A stretch of 64,000 bases of DNA from Eledone cirrhosa. Its lineage: Eukaryota. The DNA is taken from positions 34,720,001-34,784,000 of the forward strand of contig OZ024743.1 of assembly GCA_964016885.1 (NCBI GenBank), in the 5' to 3' direction. Made by a program: the position numbers and the translations under genes. Positions 36,625 to 50,339 of this stretch are shown one piece after another. The notes under the pieces are model-generated. The model searched no databases. It was not told the origin of the DNA and worked only from the letters and a program-made list of their open reading frames with translations. Every line of letters begins with the position of its first letter. The first letter of the stretch is position 1.

Positions 36625-39600
36625 ATGGCCAATATAAGAGTTGGATGTGTGAACGTACGCGGCCTGGGGATGCCCTGGAAACAGGGCAAACTCTTAAACG
36701 ACCTCAGGTCGCACAGTATGGATGTGGTAGCCATTTGCGAGTCCAGGATCCACAACGAGCGACAGCTGGCCCCCATCTTCGATGACTTTGAGATCTACGC
36801 ATCTCTCTGTCAACCGGGGAGTGGGGGTGGAGTTGCCGTTTTGCTGCGGAAACACCTGGGCCTCGTAACACAGACGGTACATCTGGACCCGGAGGGTCGA
36901 CTGGTGGTTCTAGACGTTGACGGTAGTGAAGGTGGAGCCTTCAGGCTGGTGGCCGCATATGCCCCATCCGGGACACCGCGGCCAGACTTCTTCAAACGTC
37001 TAGAGACTTTTCTGGGAACATCCCGCTCCTTGCTTTTAGTGGGGGACTGGAATGGAATCCTAGATGCACGTTGGGACTATGTGGGAGCATGTCCCGATAA
37101 AGGGGGGTGTAACAGCCTCAAACAGTTAATCGACCGATTTGACCTGGCCGATAGATATCGACTAGATTTTCCGACTGCGCCACTGTGGACGTGGAGTAAT
37201 CGTAGCGGAACATCTAGATCGTACCTAGATAGGGTTCTAGTTAGAAATAAGAATAGGGACATGTTAAGCTGTCCACAAATGTTCATGGTTGCCTATTCAG
37301 ATCACAAACTAGTGACCTGCATGGCCAACCTTGATAGAAGCCATAGACAGGGACCCGGCTACTGGAAGCTGAACTTGTCGTTACCGACAAGCAAAGCCTA
37401 CAGTAGACGGATTAGCACTTTAGTTAAACAGCACTTGACAGGGGCCATTGTCAACAACAGATGGTGGTACTCTCTCAAGAGGGCAGTTAGATTAGACTCG
37501 ATAGTTTTTAGTAAAGAATTAGCGTTAGATAGAAATAGAACCGAGAAGGAACTGGTAGATAAAGTAGAAGAGGCAATTAGAAGTGGCAACGTAGCCAGCG
37601 TGCTAACAACAAGAACGGCCTTGGACCGGTTCTTCGACGCAAAGCACGAGGGCTGCGTTGTCAGAAGCAAAATACGCGCTCTGGGAAACGAGGGAGCCAA
37701 AGCTGTTAGCTGAGCTCGAGTGACGGGGTCAAAAAGTGGCAACAAGTCCACGATTCGGTCTTTGAAGGACCAAAACGGATGCGCGATACGTGAGCCGAAG
37801 CAGATGTGTGCGGCCTTTCAGCGGCACTTTGCTCAACTGTTCGGGAGGGGCAGCGCGCCGGGAGGGGCTATGCATTTCGGTCCATACCTCGACGGCCTAC
37901 CGCGACTCTCGGACAGCGAGGCGAAGTTCTGCGAAAAGCCGATTTCAGCCGCTGAGATAGAGGACGCGCTGAGCCAATGCGGCAAACGCAAATCTCCAGG
38001 TCTCGACGGTCTACCCTACGAATTTTACGTAGCAATGCCGGACTTATTCTCCGGTCTCCTGGAAGCGGTCTACTGCAACTGGCAACACAACGGGAGAATT
38101 CCCAGTTCTATAACCGGGGGCGTGGTCACACTAATCAGGAAGGACGAGAATAAGGGGGATGACATAGGCAACTTCCGGCCCATAACTCTGCTAAACACAG
38201 AGTTACAGATTTTGGCCAAGGTGTTGGCAAAGAGGCTGGCGCTTGTCGTCGAGAACCTGGTGGGAGAAGCGCAGACAAACGCAATCCCGACCAGGTCCAT
38301 ACACGACAACCTCCACCTCATGCGATACATCATAGAGACGGTAGGGTGTAAACCCGGCTTCGGTGAGGCCCTGATCAACTTGGATCAGTCTAAGGGTTTC
38401 GATAGAGTTGACCATCGTTACCTGGATGCGGTGCTCGAGGCGGCAGGCTTCGGACCCGTGTTCAGGGGCTGGATTGCTGCAATGCACAACAGCAACATCT
38501 GCTCAAGGGTCAAGGTGAACGGCTACCTCTCGGAGCCGTTCCATATTATGCGATCCATTCGACAGGATGCCCTCTCTCCCCCCTTCTGTACGTACTGACT
38601 CTCGAGCCACTACTGCGGAAGTTGAAGCTATTGCAGGGCATCCCTCTGGAACCGGGACTGCGGAAAGCGGCGTCAGCCTACGCCGACGACGTGACAGTAA
38701 TGGTGTCGAGCGCCTCGCAAATCGAGGAATTCGGCACCTTACTGAAGGAATACGAAAGTTTCACAGGAGCGAAGCTGAACCGGGACAAGTCCATCGGTTT
38801 GCAACTCGGATCATGGAGAGGCAAACCGATGCCTTCCGATGGCGTCGTCGGACGCTAGACGGAAGGACCGGTAAAGCTGCTCGGGGTCTGGTTTGGTCCG
38901 GACCTCCAGGTGGAGAAGAACTGGAACGAGGTGACGGCCAATGTGTTTGCACTCACCCAGAAGTGGGCCGAGTGCAAACTATCCTTGAAAGGTCGAGCGG
39001 AGGTGGCGAATACTTTTATAGCGTCCGCCATCTACTACCGCTTGACCGTCGTGCCTTGTCCAGCCAAAATGGAGCGCGCGCTGTTCCAATTATTTTGGAG
39101 GAGGCGGGTTCCTTTGGTGAGAAGATCCATCTGCTGCCAAGACCCTTCCAACGGAGGGCTAGGGATGCCGTGGCTGACAATGCGCAAACACGCGCTCAGG
39201 CTACGGCATTTCTACGTATTCCTCACCGGACAACCGGTGTGGGCCCCGTTCCTGAGGCGAGCCTTCTCACGACTCGTTTCGCTGACCGATCTGCAGTCCT
39301 GGGTCAAGCAAAGACCGAGGAAAATGGGCGACTGGCACATCGAATGTGCTCAGGCACTCACAGCCCTCTGGCATGCGGACCCGGCGATCAGTGGAGACTC
39401 CACTTCGTCATTCTATAGAGGGTTGATCCGCAGCAAATGCGACGACGCGCTCGGTGAAACTCTAGGCGTAGAGGAAGACGAACTGGCCAGTCTGTTCGGT
39501 AGGACCTTGCGCCCGGGACCGATGGACAACTTCCAAAAGTCCCTGGCCTGGCAGTGCTACCGAGGAGCTCTACCAGTTCGAGACAAGCTCTACAGACATG

Positions 39601-40039
39601 GGCGCCCGGGCAGGGACCCTTCGAAAAAGATCTGTCCGAGGTGCGTGCGAGACGAAAAAACCGTCGCGCACGCATTCATACACGCCCGGGCGTTACCGAC
39701 CTGTGGGGAACGACTATTGTCGCGGGTGGGACCAATCCGGTTGACCACCGAGTCTATTGTCATAATCAAACCGCCACCCTCCTTCAAGAACGAAGGAGAG
39801 GCGGTTTTCCTTTGTGTGATAGCTATGGCGAAAGAGGTTGTATGGTGGACAAGGTTGAAAGGGCTGAGGTCAGACACCTTTCTCTCTGGCCAACAACTGA
39901 TTCTTTTTTCAAATACCACTTTAGAAGAAGAATCAGGATCGAGAGAGAGGTGCTGTACCCCAGCAAGTTTTATGAAAGGTGGGTGAAAGTGGCGAGAATG
40001 GCCCGAGTGAATGGGCCTTCTCTCTATATCAGCCTGTAG
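36625..40039 (+). pseudogene. LINE ORF2 (APE endonuclease, RT, zinc motif), disrupted
   Basis: NVRGL, GDWN, YLDR and SDH APE motifs; YADD. TGA at 37711, frameshift near 38570, TAG at 38856. Confidence 0.92.
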
Positions 40040-40295
40040 GTTGAGGAAAAAGAGGAGGAGAGGAAAGGGGTACAAACTCTTCGTACTCCTGGAGATGAGG
40101 GTTGCACATTTTCTCGGGGGTATGTGTTACCCATATGTTTCCTATTGGGGAAAATCGATTAACTTTTAAATTGTATTTGTGATAGTATTTTATTGTATGT
40201 TTTTATTGTATGTAAACTTCCCCCTTTGTATTTGTCCCCTTCTTTTGTGCCCCTGTGGCTAATAAAGAAACATATCTATCTATCTATCTCTCTAT

Positions 40296-43200
40296 CAGAC
40301 GTGTGTAACTTCGCGGAGAAGTTTCCGTTAATTTATGTAAGAAAAAAACGTGAGTTTTTAGTTAAATTTTATATTATTGTGTAACTTGACCCCCCCTTCT
40401 TGACCTTCGGGTGGTGGGTCAACTCATTTTCGCTCCTACAGGAGCGAAATATCCGTTTGAAAAATTTTTTCTCCATCGAATCTTGGAAAAAATATTGTAA
40501 AAGTTTGATTACGTTATGAACGCTGCGTCCAACGATAATGGTGGTGGAGAGGCGGTAAGACTACAAAGCTCGCAGTCAACATCGTCTTCTTCCCCTTCCT
40601 TCTCAATAGACACTATAGAGATGGAAAGACGAAATGAAAATGCAAAAACAAATTCATATCCAAACAACACAAATGACACCAAACAGTTCAATGACAACAA
40701 AAATAACAGCAACACCAATAATGATGATAAAAACAACAATGATAACAACAACAAAGAAAAAAATAAAGACAACACCAATAACACCAGCATCAAAGACAAC
40801 AACAACACCAAGGAAAATACGAATAATATCAACATCGGTGACAACAAGAATAACAACAACAATAACAACAATAATGACAACACCACCAACACGGATAATT
40901 CCACAAAGAAACCAAAAATCTCCTTTGCACAGACAGTTCAAAAAAAGGAAGAACTGATATATCTCGACATAACAAATGCTGAACAACTTTTAAAGGACGC
41001 TAGGAGATATGTCACTTTCGAAAAAAATGGTGCTTTCAGCATCAATTCTCCGGTAGAAATTCGCAAGGAAACTGCTCTCAAAACGATAGTTTTTAGGACA
41101 GTTTCCAATTCTACCGGAAAACCAGTCCAATTGTCACAGAAAGAAATTGATATTGCATTCATTCAAAGAAGCAAATTTTGGGGAGTATTTCAGTACTCAT
41201 GAAGGATCAATTGACGGCCCAAAATTACTCTGTGTCGCCAATTGTATCCAATCTGTACACCTTTTTCCCTACATACATGGGAAAAAGGACACAAAAGATC
41301 AAAATCACGAGTGTCACACCAAAGGTGAACATATGGTGGATACTGTGCGGCTTCATCAATTTTGATGAAGACAGAATACTGTCAGTAGGAAAGTCCCCCA
41401 GAGATGTATTCAATGGGACTAGCATTGAAGTTCTGGTGCAAATGAGCCCAGAGCGAATAGCTATGATCCCACAACGTGTACTCCTGGACGGACTCACCTA
41501 CATAAACTTTTCGGTTGAGGGTAGGCGGTTTTCATGTTACCATTGCTTTAGCAGGGGTCACCTGAGGGCTTCCTGTCCTAAATTAATGAATAAAAAAAAG
41601 GCTCTTCGGCCGACACCCATCAAAACAACACAACCACCAACACCACCACAACAACAACAACACCAACACACAAAAATAACCACAACAAACACAGTCCCAC
41701 CCAACCCCACTCCACCTAAAACGACTGCAAAATTACATACAGACACAACAGCTCCCCAAGACATACCCCTCCCCAATCACACAGACGATACAACAGATGA
41801 GGCTATCTCGCCATCACCCAGTGAAGACGGGGGAGAACCCCATCGCTCGAAAAGAAAGAAAAGACATCACAAAAGCAAAAAACCAGCAAACACTACCACA
41901 AACATACAACCACCAACACAAACAACAAAAACATCACAAACAAAACCCCCACCTCCTGAAAACAAAATACCTACAACAAAACGAAAGCACACACAAGAAC
42001 TACAGACAAAAACAAACACAACACAAGAAAATTACACTTACACTTACATAAACACTGAAAACAAAACACTAATGGATACCATCACGAACGACCCTTCGGT
42101 GAAAACCGAAGGGAAAACTTTCGCCCACTCTATTAAAAATAGCAAAAAACTGAACCTAAAACTGATTAGGGTTCCTATACAAACTTATAGGTCCCTAAAA
42201 GAAACATTTGAGAAGGATGTGGGGAATTACTGCGTGAAACCACTTAACCGCGTCCTTCTCAAATGTCTCCCCACCCCAGACACCCCCATCCCACCAGACC
42301 CCACCCCACCAAACATCTCTGTCCCCACCCCGCCGGGGACCACCACCCATCCAGACAACCCCTCCAATACCCCCATGGAAATCGTGCGGCCTATTCCCCA
42401 GCAGACGAAGGGTGAGTGATCTCTTTTCCTCTTTTAACTTTTCAGCACCAACATGGCCAATATAAGAGTTGGATGTGTGAACGTACGCGGCCTGGGGATG
42501 CCCTGGAAACAGGGCAAACTCTTAAACGACCTCAGGTCGCACAGTATGGATGTGGTAGCCATTTGCGAGTCCAGGATCCACAACGAGCGACAGCTGGCCC
42601 CCATCTTCGATGACTTTGAGATCTACGCATCTCTCTGTCAACCGGGGAGTGGGGGTGGAGTTGCCGTTTTGCTGCGGAAACACCTGGGCCTCGTAACACA
42701 GACGGTACATCTGGACCCGGAGGGTCGACTGGTGGTTCTAGACGTTGACGGTAGTGAAGGTGGAGCCTTCAGGCTGGTGGCCGCATATGCCCCATCCGGG
42801 ACACCGCGGCCAGACTTCTTCAAACGTCTAGAGACTTTTCTGGGAACATCCCGCTCCTTGCTTTTAGTGGGGGACTGGAATGGAATCCTAGATGCACGTT
42901 GGGACTATGTGGGAGCATGTCCCGATAAAGGGGGGTGTAACAGCCTCAAACAGTTAATCGACCGATTTGACCTGGCCGATAGATATCGACTAGATTTTCC
43001 GACTGCGCCACTGTGGACGTGGAGTAATCGTAGCGGAACATCTAGATCGTACCTAGATAGGGTTCTAGTTAGAAATAAGAATAGGGACATGTTAAGCTGT
43101 CCACAAATGTTCATGGTTGCCTATTCAGATCACAAACTAGTGACCTGCATGGCCAACCTTGATAGAAGCCATAGACAGGGACCCGGCTACTGGAAGCTGA

Positions 43201-46071
43201 ACTTGTCGTTACCGACAAGCAAAGCCTACAGTAGACGGATTAGCACTTTAGTTAAACAGCACTTGACAGGGGCCATTGTCAACAACAGATGGTGGTACTC
43301 TCTCAAGAGGGCAGTTAGATTAGACTCGATAGTTTTTAGTAAAGAATTAGCGTTAGATAGAAATAGAACCGAGAAGGAACTGGTAGATAAAGTAGAAGAG
43401 GCAATTAGAAGTGGCAACGTAGCCAGCGTGCTAACAACAAGAACGGCCTTGGACCGGTTCTTCGACGCAAAGCACGAGGGCTGCGTTGTCAGAAGCAAAA
43501 TACGCGCTCTGGGAAACGAGGGAGCCAAAGCTGTTAGCTGAGCTCGAGTGACGGGGTCAAAAAGTGGCAACAAGTCCACGATTCGGTCTTTGAAGGACCA
43601 AAACGGATGCGCGATACGTGAGCCGAAGCAGATGTGTGCGGCCTTTCAGCGGCACTTTGCTCAACTGTTCGGGAGGGGCAGCGCGCCGGGAGGGGCTATG
43701 CATTTCGGTCCATACCTCGACGGCCTACCGCGACTCTCGGACAGCGAGGCGAAGTTCTGCGAAAAGCCGATTTCAGCCGCTGAGATAGAGGACGCGCTGA
43801 GCCAATGCGGCAAACGCAAATCTCCAGGTCTCGACGGTCTACCCTACGAATTTTACGTAGCAATGCCGGACTTATTCTCCGGTCTCCTGGAAGCGGTCTA
43901 CTGCAACTGGCAACACAACGGGAGAATTCCCAGTTCTATAACCGGGGGCGTGGTCACACTAATCAGGAAGGACGAGAATAAGGGGGATGACATAGGCAAC
44001 TTCCGGCCCATAACTCTGCTAAACACAGAGTTACAGATTTTGGCCAAGGTGTTGGCAAAGAGGCTGGCGCTTGTCGTCGAGAACCTGGTGGGAGAAGCGC
44101 AGACAAACGCAATCCCGACCAGGTCCATACACGACAACCTCCACCTCATGCGATACATCATAGAGACGGTAGGGTGTAAACCCGGCTTCGGTGAGGCCCT
44201 GATCAACTTGGATCAGTCTAAGGGTTTCGATAGAGTTGACCATCGTTACCTGGATGCGGTGCTCGAGGCGGCAGGCTTCGGACCCGTGTTCAGGGGCTGG
44301 ATTGCTGCAATGCACAACAGCAACATCTGCTCAAGGGTCAAGGTGAACGGCTACCTCTCGGAGCCGTTCCATATTATGCGATCCATTCGACAGGATGCCC
44401 TCTCTCCCCCCTTCTGTACGTACTGACTCTCGAGCCACTACTGCGGAAGTTGAAGCTATTGCAGGGCATCCCTCTGGAACCGGGACTGCGGAAAGCGGCG
44501 TCAGCCTACGCCGACGACGTGACAGTAATGGTGTCGAGCGCCTCGCAAATCGAGGAATTCGGCACCTTACTGAAGGAATACGAAAGTTTCACAGGAGCGA
44601 AGCTGAACCGGGACAAGTCCATCGGTTTGCAACTCGGATCATGGAGAGGCAAACCGATGCCTTCCGATGGCGTCGTCGGACGCTAGACGGAAGGACCGGT
44701 AAAGCTGCTCGGGGTCTGGTTTGGTCCGGACCTCCAGGTGGAGAAGAACTGGAACGAAGTGACGGCCAAGGTGTTTGCACTCACCCAGAATTGGGCCGAG
44801 TGAAAACTATCCTTGAAATGTCGAGCAGAGGTGGCGAACACTTTTATAGCGTCCGCCATCTACTACCGCTTGACCGTCGTGCCTTGTCCAGCCAAAACGC
44901 TCGCAAAATGGAGCGCGCGCTCTTCCAATTCCTTTGGAAGAGGCGGGCTCCTTTGGTGAGAAGATCCATCTGCTGCCAACACCCTTCTAACGGAGGGCTG
45001 TGGATGCCGTGGTTGACGATGCGCAAACACGCGCTCAGGCTGCGGCATCTCTACGTATTCCTCACCGGACAACCGGTGTGGGCCCCGTTCGTGAGGTGAG
45101 CCTTCCCACGACTCGTCTCGCTGACCGAGCTGCAGTCCTGGGTCAAGCAAAGACCGAGGAAAATGGGCGACTGGCACATCGAATGTGCTCAGGCGCTCAC
45201 AGCCCTCTGGCAGGCGGACCCAGCGATCAGTGGAGACTCCACTTCGTCATTCTATAGAGGGTTGATCCGCAGCAAGTGCGACGACGCGCTCGATGAAACT
45301 CTAGGCGTAGAGGAAGATGAACTGGCCAGTCTGTTCGGTAGGACCTTCCGCCTGGGACCGATGGACAACTTCCAAAAGTCCCTGGCCTGGCAGTGCTACC
45401 GAGGAGCTCTACCAGTTTGAGACAAGCTCTACAGACATAGGCGTCCGGGCAGGGACCCTGCAAAAAAGATCTGTCTGAGGTGCGTGCGAGACGAAGAAAC
45501 CGTCGCGCACGCATTCATACACTGCCCGGGCGTCACTGACCTGTGGGGCTATGTAGAACGACTATTGTCGCGGGTGGGACCAATCCGGTTGACCACCGAG
45601 TCCATTGTGTGATAGCTATGGCGAAAGAGGTTGTATGGTGGACAAGGTTGAAAGGGCTGAGGTCAGACACCTTTCTCTCCGGCCAACAACTCATTCTTTT
45701 TCTCAAATACCACTTTGGAAGAAGAATCAGGATGGAGAGAGAGGTGCTGTACCCCAGCAAGTTTTATGAAAGGTGGGTGAAAGTGGCGAGAATGGCCCGA
45801 GTGAATGGGCCTTCTCTCTATATCAGCCTGTAGGTTGAGGATAAGGAGGAGGAGAGGAAGGGAGTACAAACTCTTCGTACTCCTGGAGATGAGGGTTGCA
45901 CATTTGTTCGGGGTGTGTGTTACCCATATAAACTGTCTCCCTCTATTGGGGAAAATCGACTAACTTTTTAAATTGCATTTGTGATAACATTTTACACGTT
46001 TTTATTGTATGTAAACTTCCCCCTTTGTATTTGTCCCCTTCTTTTGTGCCCCTGTGGCTAATAAAGAAACA
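40296..46071 (+). mobile_element. Tx1-like LINE copy 3, full length, disrupted
   Basis: ORFs are offset exactly 5828 bp from copy 2. The 3' part carries additional stops. Followed by (ATCT)n. Confidence 0.93.
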
Positions 46072-46147
46072 TATCTATCTATCTATCTATTTGTCTGTCT
46101 GTCTGTCTGTATGTCTATCTGTCTGTATGTCTATCTATCTATGAATA

Positions 46148-46178
<31 letters not shown>

Positions 46179-46208
46179 CATGTATGTATGTATATATATA
46201 TATACATA

Positions 46209-46297
<89 letters not shown>

Positions 46298-46332
46298 TTC
46301 ATCAGATAAAATGTCATATATCAAATCATATA

Positions 46333-46394
46333 TTTTATCTGATGAAGACGTACTGAAAAAACAACACAGTACATTTGAAATATATATAATAAAG
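46333..46394 (+). ncRNA. Type I hammerhead ribozyme, another unrelated family
   Basis: TTTTAT-CTGATGA-AGACGTACTG...CAGTACATTT-GAAA-TATATA-TA-ATAAAG. A 20-bp inverted copy of its 5' half lies at 46293-46312. Confidence 0.7.
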
Positions 46395-46443
46395 CATATA
46401 TTTTGATTATGTGATTATCTTTCATTTGTTAATATTTTGAATA

Positions 46444-46505
<62 letters not shown>

Positions 46506-47965
46506 ACTTGGATACCTGACTGTCTGTGTACATATGTGCTTCTGGTTATACTTTTGAGTTTCAAAATTATGAGAAAATCCGGTTTCCAACTAAAACTCAA
46601 AGGTATTTCGTTGGAATTTAGACATCAACTGCATAGTTATGTATGTATGTATGTATTGGACACCCTGCATGACAAAAAAGAAAACCTGACAAAGGGCAGA
46701 AGAACGGATAAGAGTCAACGGCCATCCAAAAGTGTGTAAATATGTATATACACATGTATCGCGCGGTTAAACCACTTGAAGTGAAGGACCCCTAGCCTTT
46801 GTCAGAGCATTCTTCTAGGAGAAGGCAACCTAGGAAACTGGATAACTCCAATATAAAACCTGCGGCTCAGTGGTTACCGATGATGTTGATCTCTTCTTCT
46901 TTACAGGTTATAGCTACTGTCGCTCAGAGAGTGGGATTGGCTCAGTGCACAGTCTTTCCTCACTTTAAAAAATATCTTTACGCACAGGCATTGCACGATA
47001 GAATTAATTAATAATTATTAATAATGGTATATCGTGCAATGGCCATACTCGATAACGAGGGGGATGTCATTATGTATGTATATATCAAATCCCGCTGAGG
47101 TTAACTTTACCTTTTATCCTTACAGGGTCGATAAAATAAAGTACCAGTAATGCACTGGGTAATTTGCTGGCCTTGTGCCAAAAGTAGAAACAATTATGTA
47201 TGTATGTATGTATGTATGTATGTATGTATGTATGTATGTATGTATGTTTGTATGTATGTATGTATGTGTCAGGTCACCAGTTGGTGCTACTGGTAACATG
47301 TATCCCAGTACAACCTGTCCCATGGTCAGGTCGTTGGCGACTAAACTGGCAACCCCACCAAGGTTTCTTGGTGAGGAGGGTGACTTTGGACATCTTGCAG
47401 GACTAAAAACAAAACCTGTCAAAGGGCAAAGGAGCTCTTAAGAGTCAATGGCCATCCAAAATCACCGGGAGAGATGACCCCTTAGCCTTTGTCAAGGCAG
47501 AATTCTAGGAGAAGGAAAACTCTGATATAACACCTGCATCCCTGATGGTATCCAATGATGTTGACTTGTTCTTCTTTTTGGTAAATATTATCTTGGTTAA
47601 GAGAGTGGGACTGGCTTTGTGCAGTGCCTTTGCTCACTATAAAAGCTTCACGGCACAGGCATTGCTTTATATCTGGAGATCTCTCTGCACTTGTCCTCAC
47701 ATGGTACCATGGGCCCAGCACTATGTGTCAATAATTGTCACAAGTGTAGTGTTTGTACCAGAGTTTTCAAGTCGCTGGCTGGACTAAAAAGTCACACTCG
47801 TTCAGTGCATCGTTAGGGGTTCTCCTACATGGATATAAGTAGTGGCTGTACTCGAAGACGAGTTGGCAGCCACCATGTATGTATGTATGTATGTATGTAT
47901 GTATGTATCTATGTATGTATGTATGTATGTCTGTATGTATGTATGTACGTTTGTATGTATGTATG

Positions 47966-48976
47966 CAGTGGCGGACTGGCCAGGTTGCCAGGTTGTTCAA
48001 TGGCAAGTGGGCCCCAGGGGACTCACGGTAGCATTGCAGGGGCCCACAGTAGCATTGCAAGGCCCACTGTAGTATTTTAGGGGGCCAATGCTTTGCTTTC
48101 AAAAAATACCTGAAGTCTAAGAGAAAGAATAAACATTTTTTAAATAAATAAAACAATTAAGCAAAGCATTTGGTCAACCAATTCCCCAGCGAATTACTAG
48201 AAACCAAAATATACGATAGTGCAAATAGCTGGAATCAGAGAGTGGGGTGAGGTGAAACAGGAATGAAACGTGGATTACAGGTTAAATATAGTCTAGATAG
48301 ATGTAAAACAAAACGAGGATGTAATTTATGGAACACCCAAATGATTTAGAAGTCGACCTTAAGTAGCATCAATAACATTAAGAAAGACATGAACGACATC
48401 ACATCATTTTGTTTCAAAAATTTTGAAAGTAGGTTTATAAGTATGATTTTTCATAAGATTTTCGTAGTTGTCTCTGTTGCCTAGCGGTAGGTACAAGAGA
48501 CGGTGGAGATCCTCGCCTTGGGTTCAATCCTGGTCAATTTTTTATTTTACAACCCAAAGAAAAAAAAATGAAAAGGTTTTCTGGGAACCCTACTCCCGAC
48601 CAGGATCGAACTTCAGACCAGGATCACCACTGCCTGTGATTCTTCCAGCTAGGCCACCGAGACAGCTCCGAACGAATAATGAAAATTGATAATTATAAAC
48701 CTACTATCAAAATCAAAGTTAAAAAGCTGTGGTGCTGTTCATGGATTTCCTAGAGATATTATTGAAAGTCTCTGGATTTCGCAAAATACATAATATTTTC
48801 ATTGGAGAAAGTAAGATATTTTTTCCGCAAAAATTTGATTGGACTGTTTTGTTTCCACTTATTTATTTTTCGAAAATGTTATTTATTCATTATAAAAATT
48901 AAATGATAGCATTCTATATGTAGGTGGGCGCCCTTCATCTCCTGGCAACCAATATTTTAGACCCAGTCCGGCACTG
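47966..48976. mobile_element. hAT-like non-autonomous DNA transposon in (TATG)n
   Basis: TIRs CAGTGGCGGACTGG / CCAGTCCGGCACTG; TATGTATG on both sides; GGGCCC subterminal repeats. Confidence 0.8.
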
Positions 48977-49629
48977 TATGTATGTTTGTGTGTATGTATG
49001 TAAGTTTGTGTATGTATGTATGTATATATGTATGTATCTGTATGTATGTATGTATGTATGTATGTATGTATGTATGTATGACCCCTTAGCCTTTGTCAAG
49101 GCAGAATTCTAGGAGCAGGAAAACTCTGATATAACACCTGCAACCCTGATGGTATCCAATGATGTTGACTTGTTCTTCTTTTTGGTAAATATCATCTTGG
49201 TTAAGAGAGTGGGACTGGTTTTGTGCAGTGCCTTTGCTCACTATAAAAGCTCCACGGCATAGGCATTGCTTTATATCTGGAGATCTCTCTGCACTTGTCG
49301 TCACATGGTACCATGGGCCCAGCACTATGTGTCAATAATTGTCACAAGTGTAGTATTTGTACCAGAGTTTTCAAGTCGCTGGCTGGACTAAAAAGTCACA
49401 CTCGTTCAACGCATCGGTAGGGGTTCTCCTACAGTAGTGGCCGTACTCAAAGACGAGTTGGCAGCCACCATGTATGTATGTATGTATGTGTGTTTGTATA
49501 TATGCAAATTTTAAATTATTTGAATTCTTCCTGTCAGGTAAGAACTGGTTTCTATCAAAGAAAACTTCACCGTTTGGATAACAAAAAGTGTCACATATTG
49601 AACTTTAAAAACGTCTTGCATATTTTTAC

Positions 49630-49880
49630 TTTGCTCGTAGCAGTAGAATCATCTGGTGTCTTTGGCCCTAAAACCGCCTCCCTACTCACCACCATCGGCA
49701 CATAATTGGCTACCCCCAAGTATGAGCCTCGCGAGCTGGAATGGCTCTTCCAGCGCGTCTCCTTCACATCCTCCGGGGAAACGCCTTCGCTATTCTGTCC
49801 TCCGGGACCATGGGGTGGCCAGAGCGTGGGTTCCTAATTGCTCATAATATTGAAAGGTGGGGAAAGCGGGAGAGTCGGAG
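49630..49880 (+). pseudogene. CRE-like (RLE endonuclease) LINE 3' fragment; related piece at ~51236-51400
   Basis: AVESSGVFGPKTASLL..EPRELEWLFQRVS..ILRGNA resembles the QRISxAIQRGNA C-terminal motif. Confidence 0.65.
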
Positions 49881-50339
49881 GTAGTGGCTGTGGGAGTTTA
49901 GTTCCTTTGTGTCCGGACCTGGTGTATATGTATGTTTTACAGACACACATTCACACTGTTCACTTAGGGAGAACACTCCAAACCCAATATGACTACTTTC
50001 ACCAACACACCCATTCACGCACATAGTACACCTATCAACAATAAACCAGATTTGTGTTTTTATTTTTCCACTTACAGATTGTATTTGCAACGTGGGTGTT
50101 AGCTGACTTATTTCTTTGTCTTAAGACCCTAGCTTTACCAGATCACTTTTGTTTGGATCTATTAACATATTTAACTGCACCAATAATAATCGGTATAAAT
50201 CTGAATTTATGATATAATTGTTTCTACTTTTGCCACAAGGCCAGCAATTACCCAGTACATTACTGGTAATTTATTTTATCGACCCCCGTAGGGATGAAAG
50301 GCAAAGTTAACCTCGGCGGGATGTGGATAGATAAGTTGA

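Larger units (their letters stand above)
34468..40272 (+). mobile_element. Tx1-like LINE copy 2, full length (chimeric)
   Basis: 5' UTR, ORF1, ORF2 and 3' UTR with AATAAA, flanked by ATCT repeats. Confidence 0.93.
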
